Part shown: one piece after another, positions 52,701-64,000 of the stretch
Layout: each line of letters opens with the position of its first letter
Position numbering within the stretch: position 1 is the first letter of the stretch
DNA from: Balamuthia mandrillaris
Lineage: Eukaryota
Direction: 5' to 3'
NCBI GenBank assembly: GCA_031835245.2
Contig: JAVKOQ020000049.1
Span: 1-64,000, forward strand
Length of the DNA stretch: 64,000 nt
The notes under the pieces: generated by a model
The model's input: the letters and a program-made list of their open reading frames with translations, nothing else
The model's database searches: none
Told to the model about the DNA's origin: nothing
Position numbers and translations under genes: made by a program

Positions 52701-54815
52701 TGCTGTACGGAAAACAATTAACGGGCGAGGCGAGAGGTTTAGATAGAAGAGAAACGCAAACCAACCCGCATATTAATACTCAGCAGCTCATAGACCTGCA
52801 CAGGAGGATCAGGAGTTACCACAGACTGAAATTTTTGCAGCGAAACCGGAAATGAGAACTCGGAGTAGTCCTCTAGGGCATCTGGCGTGGCAGCTTCTCC
52901 CCTTGTACGATAGCCTTGGTAGCCCATGTAGTGGTCCACTGTATCCATTACCGTTTGCCAGTGGTCCGCCACCTACATGTATGCATGGATGAAGGAATAA
53001 GCAAAGCAAAACAAACTAAACTAATCGAGACACAACAAGATAAAAAATAGAACCTTTTGCGGGGAATCAACCGCGAGCAACTCTGCCCTGCTGGCATACG
53101 CGATAAAGGCCGGGGTGTCACCATAAGCCTCCATGTTCTTTGTGGCGATGAAACCCCACGGCGCTGCCTTGTGTTTCAAAGCCTCCTTCCATTGGACTTC
53201 CGTGTGAATGCCAGCCCTGAACACCGGCGCTTCCAAAATGTTCTTCAACGTCACGTTGATGGTGCCTTGCCGCACGCCCCAAGGGACCCAGATCCTTATC
53301 AACCCTCCGAAAACGTTGCCGATGGTCACTGTGGTCGCTTTGTCTAAAGAGAATCTTCGTTGGATGAACGGGAATCGCGTCCACACCTGCATGTTCCAAA
53401 GCGACGCCCTGTGATGTCCCACCTCCACTTCTATGCCTTTGCCAACGCCTGCTGCGTCGATGAGGACCTCCACGGGCTTTCCCGGAGGGGCATAGTATCC
53501 GGTTTCCAACAACCAACCTAACTCCGAGGCAACGAGATATGCGTTGTTTTCAGGTATGATATCCGTGTTGATGGGAATGGTTATGCTTTTGATCGGTGTG
53601 GCAGTCGCAGAAGGAAGGCCTGGCCAATAAGCGGCGCAAGGATGGAAGCCGTTGTTGAACAGCTCTGAGAAGTGAGACGGTTCAGTGGTCTGGAAGAGAA
53701 CTGACTGCAACTTGGCCACCAATACTTTGAAGGTATCTTCCTCGGCGACCACGAAGGGGTTATCAAACGTGGGGCAGATCCAGTCATAGGGCGGTTCCGG
53801 AGAGAGAAGCAGGTCTTTGACTGCTTCCAAAAAGCTAAGAGAGTAAGGATCCGCTAGGTATACCTTGTTGATGGCTTCGATTGCTATGGGTTGCTCTCCT
53901 ACGGAAAGAGGGTTGTTTATGTCTTGCAGAGCATCCACTGCGTTAGCAGCGGAGTAAAAGTGAGGAAGAGGGTTTGCTGGGATTTTGCATTCATAGGCCA
54001 CAGCAGTCACGGACAAGTGCAAACCAACGGTGTCGAGCAGCTCATTGGCAACCTTTAATTTTTCAGTGCTAAAGTTCGGAGGTGTTGATACGAGAACCAA
54101 ACCGCCTCCCCCGAGCAGGAAGTCGCGATAGAATGACAAATGGTTGACACCAGCATAGTGCCAGTTGACCAGCATCGCATCCGTGCCTGATATCATGCCG
54201 TTAAAACAAGACAAACACACAAACTACAGTATGAAGGATCATGTACTGGTAATTTGTGAGATCTTGGAGAGAGTTACTGCTTTGAAGTTTCTGGCTTGCA
54301 GCCAAGCTGCAGAAACCGTTCCAGAGTTTAAAACTCCCACAGTAATATCTTCTGGTCGGTTCGCTTTGCTCGCCCACAACAACGCGTTCGTTAGCACAGT
54401 GGTCAAGTCGCCGCTGGTCGACAAGAACGAGTCTGACGCAAACTTGGAGTGAGCGAAAACGACTCCTCTGCCAGGGTTGGAACAAGCACCCTCCGCAGAA
54501 CAAAAGGAGGAACGGCCTGCTGCTCCAACAGCAGAACCATCCTCTGTCAACAAAATCGGAAACGAGGAACGCCCGCTCATTGCGATAGAACCTGTATTGT
54601 TTCGGCATTCTCGGTGAGCAATAAAGAATGAAGAATAGGGAGGGTGAGACTAAGAACAACTAACCAGGAGAGGTGCCGCTGATGCTGAAGCTTTTGCCTC
54701 GAACTGAGGTAGTGAGAGCATCAAAGTCAGAGTCAATGGTGGCGCTTTGCCCTGATGCTATGCACAGAATAGTGCTCACAATCAAAGCGAGCAATAAAAA
54801 CTTTGACCCGCTCAT
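49708..54815 (-). CDS. M60-like paralog lacking the HExxH zinc motif, with a (GD)n stalk and TM anchor
   Basis: Same domain order as 44490-49261. The equivalent segment reads QVYELLSINMR|HTWNKEW. Gly-Asp repeat at ~49960-50530. Confidence 0.8.
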
Positions 54816-55199
54816 AACCAGTGTGTTGCTTCTTGTGTTTTTGTTGTCAGTGAAAGAGAAGTTTGGGAGACATACGTAAGTCAGCAAACGTTTGTAGGCT
54901 TTGGAGAGAACCGATCTTCTCCTTTTTAGTCCGACCATTATATGATAGTACGCTTCTCTTTCTTTGGCGAGACTTTTATAAATAAGGAGATCGCTCAAAT
55001 ACCTGATGAGAAAGAGCAAAGTTTAACGCAAGATAGCAAAGAAAAAGCAATTCAAAACACACCTGGTGTGAATAAACTTGTAAACTGCCAGAATGAAAGA
55101 GGAGTGATTGAAGGAGGGGTAACAAAAAAAAAAAGGAGTTGAAGAAAGCTGTGTTGCTTCATTCATTCCATTGTTTGTACAAAGAAAATGTGGAAAAAG

Positions 55200-57154
55200 T
55201 TAGGAAGAGAAAGCATCCCGGTAAGGACAAGAAGATAGCATGTGGATCTGAAGCTCTTCGTAGTTTGCGGCAGGAGCATCACATAATGAACAAAAAAGCA
55301 AGTCCTCCGTTGTCGTTGAAGTTGTTGACGCGGAAGAGGTAGAAGTTGAGGAAGATGAGGAAGAATTAGAAGAAGAGCTTTGTTGAGCGTCTGTTAAGAG
55401 ACCAACCAAATCGACGTTTTGTACAGTAGAGGCTGGACATGTTGTTAACATATGAACCTGTTTTGAAAGCATTTTTTTACAAAAGGAGAAGAGATGGTCA
55501 ATAAATAGTTGACAAAACAATGAAAGGAGAAAAAGGGAATGGAACCTGAAGTTCTTCATAATTTGCACATGGAAGTTGACAAAGAGGACAAATACTGGCA
55601 TCCGCACGCTCTGATGGCATTTCAGGAGGAAGAGAAGCAAGACGTTCCTCCTCCCGTTCCCTTTCGCTGTCTGTGTTGACAACAGAGTTGTAATGGTTTC
55701 CTCTATGATAGCTGATACGTATGGGTTTGGCGTTGCGACTGTACAATCCTTGAAATATATTCAAAGGTTCTATTGTTTTAGCCAACGAAACACTAATTAG
55801 AAGGAAAGACCCAAAAACAAAACAGAAGTGAAAACGAGCTACCTGTTCCGTGCCGTTGTGAGAAGACTTGGATGGGGCGAGCAAACATCTCTGACATGCA
55901 CTGTATTTCCAAGTTGTTTCCAAAGACACCCGCTCTGCGCTTCCGTCGTATATAGTCGTTAAAGTCTTCTGTCACAAATTGCGAGAAATGATCTCTATCT
56001 CTTTCCTAGAAGAGTTTTGGTTATCACTGACGAGAAGGAAGAAAGAAGAGAGAAGGGAGAAAACAAAAGCATAAATAGAAGGTTGAAAAATCTCAGACCA
56101 TGTAATCCATGCACATCTGTCGAAGCTCGTTGTGTTGCTGAGTGCTACCATAGACTTGATCCGCCACAGCGCTAAATAGACAATTGCCATCTCCTGGAAT
56201 GTCTTTGATCATATAGCCAGCCGCTGCCATCTGCTCCCTAAACTCTCTTTCCTCCCTGTCTTGCCGTGCAAACTCCTCTTGAGAGACCATCAGTGCCGCT
56301 TCCATTTGTACATCCTCTTCTGGTGCTCCAGCCAAAAGAGTGTCGACAGCTTGATTGCCTCTATCCCGCTGAGCCTCTCTGGCAAGAGCGTCCACAAAGC
56401 TCTGGTCATTCCAGTTGTTGTCCTGTGGTATCTTTTCATGAAAAGGAGAGGAAAGGATACATAAAAGGAAAAGAGAGTACAGTGTGAGAGAGAGAGAGAG
56501 GGAGAAGAGTAAGAAGGGAAAAGCTGCAAAGCACAGGAGCAGAAGTGAAGAGAAAGATGGAAGAGCACGTACCTGTCCTCCTTGATAACCAGAGCGCTGC
56601 ATGTGCCGCCACATGGAATAGCGCCGTTCGAATGCTCGTCTCGCTCCCTCATCCATGGCGCCCCCATCCCGCCGCTGCAGAAAAGTAGGGGGCGGTTTGA
56701 TCTTATCCGTAGGCCAACGGTCCTTCTCATCCTTCAGCTCCAAGTAAATAAGGCTGTAGTCCTGCACTCCCGCCTCCTCCAAGCTGAGCTCCTCCTTGTC
56801 CAGCAGCACCCAACTAGTAGGTTTGACCCTCCGCTCCTCCTCCAACATCATCATCTCATCCCCCTCTTCTCTCTCTGCAGCTTGTTGAGGAGCAACACGA
56901 TCTGCATCCCCTGCTTTTCCATTCTCACTTTTGTGCTCATCTTTCGCTTTGTGGTGCTCCGCGTGGGCCGCTGGCGCTGCTACCTCTTTGAGCAGAAGCA
57001 ATCGGGTGCGCTCGGGCAGGATCAAGCGTGCACGGCAGAGCTGATGGCGGAGGGCTTTCACGCTGTAGATTGGGCAGAACTGGATCATGCATTTCTCGTA
57101 TTCCTTGTGGTTGCTCTTGCGTGGAGCCTCCACATGCAACGTCCACTGCTCCAT
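55200..57154 (-). CDS. OTU-domain deubiquitinase (OTUD5-like) with Ubl-like N-terminus, UIM-like segment and C-terminal zinc fingers
   Basis: IPGDGNCLFSAVADQVYG, GNNLEIQCMSEMF, ISYHRGNHYNSV and two CxxC...EELQxH fingers. The start is uncertain. Confidence 0.88.
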
Positions 57155-57386
57155 CTTTGTGAGCTTTGCTGTTGTTTGCTTCTGGGTGTTGATTGCTCTC
57201 TCTTCTTCTGCTTTCTTCTCTCAACTTTATGTGAATGTTCCAAGACAGTGAGAGTGGATAGGAGATTCTTCGAATTTTCATGTCGACGTGATTAATAGAC
57301 AGCGAGCGCACGCCACTGTCGACGTAAAATAATTTTTGTAGACATCTGTAAAAGAAAATAACCACCGCGCAGCAGCAGAGGAGAAC

Positions 57387-57698
57387 ATGTCATCGTCCTG
57401 CAAGGGGATCCGAGAAGAGCTTATTGCTTGCTTGAAGATGAGCAAGTGCATGCGGGAGAACGGGAAGACGTTTCACGAGTGCCTTCAGTCCACGGATGAG
57501 GATGAAATAGGCGACTGCAAGCGAGTGCGGACCTCCTACCACATGTGCAAACACAACCAGGTTAGTCCGCTGACATGCCACAACTTCTTTCCCTGTGACT
57601 GCGGGGTTTTTTTTTTGCGTGTGAGTAACGTTCACTTCACTACTCGTTTTCTTTAGGTCAACATGAGAAAGCGGATCCGAGGGAACAATTATCACTGA
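57387..57698 (+). CDS. COA5: Cytochrome c oxidase assembly factor COA5/PET191
   Basis: MSSSCKGIREELIACLKMSKC...FHECL...CKRVRTSYHMCKHNQ|VNMRKRIRGN, with twin CX9C-like spacing. Confidence 0.85.
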
Positions 57699-58157
57699 TG
57701 CCACCGTTCTCATACACTGTATAAACTAGCTCTTCAAGCAAAAAAAAAAAAATAATAAATAATCTTCATTATCATTTTAACCCCAAAGAAAGTCCAGAAT
57801 GGCGACATTCTCCTTTTTTTTTTTTTTCAAAATCTCTCCCCTTCCCATCCTTCCCTTGGGCCAAGCACAAGGTCTCGTCGCATTTGCCCAACCTCTCTTC
57901 TTTCAAAAAAATTCCAGGAATGTGTCGACAAAAACTGGAATAATAAAAGAAGGAAAAAGGAATTTCACCTCCCAAAAGCCAAATAATAAACAGAGAGAAG
58001 AGAAAGGTGCCGGAGGCCGGTTGGACGTATCAAACCATTAACGCATCAAAAAAAAAAAAAGAAGAAGAAGAGGAACCCACCCGCCTCGCACCTTACGCAC
58101 GCACGCACGGCAAACAGCGCAAACGCACAAAAAATAATTACAAAAAAAAAAGAGAGA

Positions 58158-59473
58158 ATGAATGTGTCAAAGAACAGAGGGGACGACGAGGAGATACGTG
58201 TGGACGTGGACACGGGCCCGGAGAAGAAGGAGGAGACGCAGGCCAAGGAGGCCACATACGGGCTGGCGGCCAGCCTCGTGCTGGTGAGCCTCTACGTCGG
58301 GCTTTGGACCGCCGAGGGCCTCATCATTTACAGCGCCCGTGACGTCGACTTTGACCGAGCGAGCGTCACCCTGACCGTCGAGATCTTCAAAATGGTAGTG
58401 GCATCGAGTCTCTACTTTTCGTAAGTTTCCGTTTTTCTTTTGTTTTTTTTTTTCACTGATTTGTGAAGAGATGAGATGAGATGAGATGCTTAACTTTTGC
58501 TGCTTCTTTTTTCTTTTTAACATACATAGGCATGGAGGCAGCGTGGAACAGTTCAAACAGTATTTCGGCAGGGCGTCCATTTTTGCGGTGCCGGCCCTCG
58601 TCTACACTCTCTACAACCTCGTCCGCTACTTTGCCTTGACCATCGCCGACCCTGGTAGGAAACTCCTCCTTCCTCTTTCTCTCTTTCTTTGTTTGTTTCT
58701 CATTTGCTCCACAAAGGAACGTACCGAGTGCTGATCAATGCAAGGATCGCCTTTAGCGGCCTCCTCTTCCAGATCTTCTTCCACAAGCAGCTGGGCCAAC
58801 GAAAGTGGATCGCTCTCGTGGCGCTCACTTTGGGCTGCGCCATCATGAAATGGGGGGAGCCCTTGCAGCTAGCAGCCACCCCGCTGCTGGTCATCGGCTT
58901 TCAGGCCCTGCTGGGCAGCTTGGGAGGGGTATACAATGAGGTGGCCCTGAAGAGGGACATGAAGCTGGACATCAACCTGCAGAACATGTACCTCTACATC
59001 TTTACCATCTCCCTCAACATCGCCACGATCTTTGTCAAGACTCTGTTTCGACCCGATTCAGGTATTTTTTTTATCTTTTGCTTCCGTCTTCTTTGCTTTA
59101 TGCGTGCTCCCTTCCTCGATCATTTGGCAAGAGCATTAACTCACTTTTTGCTTTCGGCGCCAAAGGCTTTTTGTTTCGTAATTGGTCGCTATCAGTGATG
59201 GGTCCGATGGTATTGTTGGGAGGCGGAGGAGGTTTCATGACGGCCTTGCTGCTGAAGCATCTGAACGTGCTCATCAAGGAGTTTGCGAATGGGGCCGAGA
59301 TGTTGCTATCCGCCCTGTTCTCCAACATTCTTTTTGACGTGCCGCTGAATGCTCAGGTATTTGCCGCCATTTTCATCGTCAGCGGCAGCGTCATCATGTA
59401 TTACTGGGAGCGCATCCAACCAAGTCTTCAAGCAAACGCTTCCTCTCCCTCCTCCTCTTCTTCCAACAAATGA
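58158..59473 (+). CDS. Nucleotide-sugar transporter, SLC35A-like
   Basis: TLTVEIFK, FAVPALVYTLYN, TYRVL, KW, GGVYNEVALK and QNMYLY, with multiple TM segments. Confidence 0.88.
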
Positions 59474-59636
59474 CCCTCTTTTTTTTTGTTTGTAAAGACA
59501 AAACTTTTAGCTCGGGTTCGACACTCATTCCTAACGATCCATTTTTTCAAGACGCAAAAAAAGTTGGACGCGCGATCGAATCCAACCAGATGAGGACATT
59601 TTTTTGGAAAAAAACAAGAAAAGAACAGAAAAGAAA

Positions 59637-60228
59637 ATGGAAGAGGAAGAGGCAATAGCTCTTGCACGACAAGCAGCCCCGTTTGTCCATCCTCAACCGC
59701 CATACCGAGGCATCCTATCTTTACTATGGACACTGCTCAAGGTCAGCAGATGTGTTCGTTTTTTTTTTTTTGCTCCATTTTAGAGCTCAATGACTGAAAA
59801 AAAAATATCGATTGGGAACAACAGACCCTCTTTGCTGCGTTCTTCTTGTTGCCGATGAGACTATTTGTGTTGTGCGTTGCGCTGGCGTCTTACTTTGTCA
59901 TAGCTGTTGTGCTGCAGGGGCTGTTACCCGCCCCCACTGCTATGCCCATGCTGCGGTGGCTTGGTCGACGCTCCCTTCGTGCTGCACTGCTCCTGCTGGG
60001 CGTTTTCAGGATCAAGACCTCTGGCCACAGAGATGTATTATGCCTTCTTCTTCTCTCAGTCCCTTCTTCCCCCCCCGGCTCAATCCTTTCTCACTTCGTT
60101 CCTCAGCCAAAGGTGAGCACGCTTGTGTCAAATCACTTATCGTATGTCGATGTGCTCGTGTACGGTGCTCTTTTCTTTCCATCCTTTGTGGCCAAGGTAT
60201 TCGTTCTTTCAAGAGAAATGGAGAGAGT

Positions 60229-60259
<31 letters not shown>

Positions 60260-61299
60260 GTGAGGGGAGCAGTTCTTTTATTCTTTCAAAAACAAAAGGG
60301 ATCAATAAGAGACATTCCAGTAATTGGCTACCTTGCCAAACACGTCTTTCAATGCGTGTTCGTGGAGAATCATCTGCGCGATCGCCCTTCCACGATCGCA
60401 ACGGATACCACCGCAACGACCTCAGCAACAAAGCATGTCAGTGGTGTTGCTGCTCGTCGTCGACATCGTCAAATTCATCCACCAGCTGAACAGAAAGACG
60501 CTCGCCCAGCGCGACAACGTAATAAGGACGAGGAAGAAGCTGCCATATCTGGCATTCAAGGCATCATTGCCAGACAAGAGCAGCAAAAAGATGGCCAGAC
60601 AGGTATTCAATCTTCCTCTCTGATATCGGTTCCATGTGTTTAATTGCTCATCCAAGGGGTACCTCCATTGTTAATATTTCCGGAGGGCACTACCACCAAC
60701 GGAAGATACCTTAGTACGTAACAATAGTGTTCTTCTATTTCGATACTCAACTGCAGCAACCTGTAGTTCATTTCCACAAAGGTGCTTTTGCTGGTGGCTA
60801 TCCAATTCAACCTGTCTTTACGAGGTTCGCCAACTTATTCCATTCTTCTTAATTCTTCATATTTCACCAACATTCAAACTGGAAAAAATATCAAAAAGGT
60901 TTCCATTTAGGCGGTGGAGTCCAACGTGGGAGAGCATTCCATTTTATTTGCATCTCTTCCAGTTGTTGACTCAATTCTACATTCCTGTTGAGGTTACCTT
61001 CTTGCCTGCTTACTATCCTTCCTTCGACGAGCTCGCTGATCCTCAGCTGTACGCAGACAACGTACAACAGGTTATCTACTTTCTCTCCTCTCTCTTCTTT
61101 CTCCTCTTGCTTATTGTCTTCCTAACAAACACAACAACCAAACAACCAAATATGTGGATAGTATATGGCAAAGAAAATGGGAGTACCGGCCACTGAACAC
61201 ACCATTCACGACAAGTTACAACACCACTCGCGCATCCTCGCAGGCATCGTATCATGGCGGCACGATCCCCTGGCTGCTGCCTCTCCCATCTGTAAATAA
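59637..61299 (+). CDS. Lysophospholipid acyltransferase (LPCAT/LPEAT-like)
   Basis: VSNHLSYVD (HxxxxD), FVAK, LLIFPEGTTTNG and FHKGAF...PIQPV. Confidence 0.9.
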
Positions 61300-61485
61300 T
61301 CGCCAACAATAAACTGAAAATATTGATAATTTCAAGATTAATTGTATAGATTGAATATATCATCAAAAATTAAAATATTTATCGATTATAGTTAGTTTCT
61401 GCTAACTATTTGTGGGTTATCAAAAAATTCGATAAATGAATGAAATAATTTGGGGACTAGAAAAGAAAGAAAGAAAGAATTGGAG

Positions 61486-62390
61486 ATGGAGATATCATTT
61501 GATGGAGGCAAAGAAGAAGAAGAGGCAGAAGAACTCTTGTTGACCTCGTTGCCAGTCGAAGTCATACTTCACGTGTTGTCTTACGTCGGAGCGGCCGATC
61601 TCTGTTCGTTCGGAGCCACCAATAACACTTTGCGTAGCGTCTCCTCGGATGAAACTCTTTGGAAAGGGCTCTTCCTACGAAACTTTTCCCTCCTCTCTTT
61701 TGCTTGTTCTTCTTCTTCTTCTTGTTTTTCTTCTTCTTCTTCTTCTTCAAAAGCAGAAATAGAAAAAGATGGCTTGCTGATGAGAGGAACCACAAATGAG
61801 GGACGATGGAAATGGAGAGATTTATTCATGCGACGCTGTCGCACGCGGAAGAACTGGAGAGAAGGAAACTGGGCGCTGAAGGCTTCTCTGTCGGTGGGCT
61901 CCCCCGTCTACGCCGTTCGCTTTGATGACCACAAAGTTGTGGCTGGCCTGCAGAACTCGGCCATCAAGGTCTTGCACAAGTACAGCGGGCAGACGTTGCT
62001 GCAGCTCGATGGACATGGCGACTGGATTGGTGCTGTACAGTATGACGACGAAAAGGCAAGTACCTCTCTTGTTCCTCTCTTCACTCTTCTCGCTTCTCTC
62101 CCTCTTTTCTGCTCCCTTCTCTCTACTTCCTCTTCTCTCTTCTCTTCTTCTTGTTCTTCTTCTTCTCTCTGATCGGACTGACATTGCCTCCTCACTCCCG
62201 AAAAAGGTGGTGTCATGTTCGGGAGACCATTCTGTGAGAGTCTGGAATTGGGATGGCAAATGTGTATATAGGACGCGCAAACACACCGGATGGGTTAAAC
62301 GTTTACAGGTTGGTGCTTGTCTCACCCACGTTACGCCGTCCTCTTCCTCTATCCATCTATCTTCTCGTTCTCTTCTCTTTCTTCTCTCTT

Positions 62391-62428
<38 letters not shown>

Positions 62429-63371
62429 TCTAATTCTCGTTCATCTTTGTCGTTACAGTACACGCAAGAACTTTTGGCAACTGGTTCTGGTGATTCTACA
62501 GTAAAGTTATGGAGGTGGTCCCCCGGTTGGAAGTACATGCCAAAAGACAGTGAAGAACATAACGAACAAGACGATACGTGCGACGATGGTGAGCTTCAAG
62601 AAAACGCTAAAGAGAGAAGCAGTTTATTGCCAACAACGAAACGCGACGAGCCATTGCCAATACCAAAGTGTGTGCGGACGTTGGCTGGTCATCAGCAAGG
62701 GATAATGGGATTGCAGTTTGATCGCAACACGCTTGTCTCTAGCTCGTTGAGAGGAAATATACGCGTCTGGGACATAGAGAGCGGCAAATGCTTACACGAG
62801 ATAAATGCTCCTTCTGAACTTCGTTGCGTTGCGTTTGATGAAAACGACATTGGTTCGTTCTCCTGTTCGCTCTTCTTTCTCTTTCGTGGTTTCTCCTTTT
62901 CTATATTCTCTTTCTCTTTGAGTAACATCTATTACATACAAAGTGGCAGGAGATCGAATAGGTCATGTGACTGTGTGGGACAGAGCAACTGGCGAGCTGA
63001 AGTGTTCGTTAGATGGTCATACAGGCTACGTCAAGTTCGTGCACATTGACGCCACCAAGATTGTAAGCGGCGGTGGTGATGGTGCCATCAAGGTATGCTT
63101 TTTTTTTTGTGCCTCCCCTGGCCCTTCTGCTAATTCTTCAACAAAAACAAAGGTGTGGGATCGGAAAGTGATACCAACAGCGTCAACAAATGATGCAGAG
63201 GGAGAATTTTCTCCCCACTATTTGTACAGTATTGCCGCTCACGAGAGAGACATCATCAACATGGACATTCACGAAGACGAAGTGTTCACCGCATCCACCG
63301 ACAGCTCCATGAAACTTTACTCCTTCCTTCACAACGAGAACTCTCCTTCATATGAGGCAATGACAACCTGA
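61486..63371 (+). CDS. F-box/WD40-repeat protein
   Basis: LTSLPVEVILHVLSYV F-box followed by GH...WD repeats. Confidence 0.9.
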
Positions 63372-63433
63372 AATGCATAGCAGGAGAAAGAAAGAAAGGG
63401 TAAATCTTTGTATTTCTTCTGTTTTTGCGTTCG

Positions 63434-63642
63434 TCACCAGTCAAGCGCCATGAGGCCTTGATAGACAAAAAAGATAACGGCGTTAACGGGGAAAGCTCGC
63501 AATAGCGTCACTTCCATGCCTCGTAGGAACACTCGCATGCCGCCTGCGTTGTAGCTCTCTCTCATGCAGTGCCACATGTTTCTATATTTTTGTTCAACGT
63601 CCATCTATTTTTTTTTAAAAAAACAGAGCTCAAGTCAGTCCT

Positions 63643-63686
<44 letters not shown>

Positions 63687-63894
63687 GAAGCTGGAAGTGA
63701 GAAGAGTAACAAACCTGCATCCTAGATTTGATAACGTCTTGAGGGTATGAAACTAGCCAGGCGGCCATGCCTCCTGCACCACCCGCTATGAGCTGTTTCC
63801 ATGGAGCCAGTTGATCCAACGTTCTTCCTTCTTTCAACAACATTCTGATTTAAAAAAGAAAACACGAATATGTGAGGGAACAGAAAGATTGAGA

Positions 63895-63939
<45 letters not shown>

Positions 63940-64000
63940 AGTAGAGAGTAGAGAGGAGAGAGAACCAAGAAAAATAGGAGAACAAGAGAAATACAAAAAC
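63434..64000 (-). CDS. Mitochondrial carrier (SLC25, carnitine/basic amino acid carrier-like), 3' part only
   Basis: IAGGAGGMAAWLVSYPQDVIKSRMQ (PxDxxKxRxQ) and LLRAFPVNAVIFFVY. Confidence 0.9.

Overview
Eukaryotic, intron-rich, gene-dense genomic DNA with abundant microsatellites, most consistent with a free-living amoeba (Amoebozoa; taxon inferred, not proven). The leftmost ~8.3 kb looks like one end of a mobile element. It has a spliced tyrosine-recombinase gene (minus strand) that points into the element and converges on a TET/JBP-like Fe(II) dioxygenase ORF cut by the window edge. Outboard of these lie two tandem-repeat arrays (~97 bp x8 and ~163 bp x3 with GAA-triloop hairpins), whose copies differ mainly by CpG->TpG/CpA changes. 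The rest is host genes: a Rab remnant, two G8/beta-helix/EGF paralogs, SMYD, KTI12 (with an AT-AC U12-type intron), an OGFr-domain + 4xGATA fusion, STEEP1, a secreted (VxYDGGD)n repeat protein, an intronless YwqG/DUF1963-like gene, a two-pore K+ channel, PGP, PXB/DUF3818, RIOX1-like JmjC, tRNA-Ile(AAT), an ALKBH2/3-like gene, a tandem active/inactive M60-like peptidase pair, an OTU deubiquitinase, COA5, an SLC35A-like transporter, an LPCAT-like acyltransferase, an F-box/WD40 protein and a partial SLC25 carrier. All family calls come from motif recognition by eye, with no database searches. CDS coordinates span introns.
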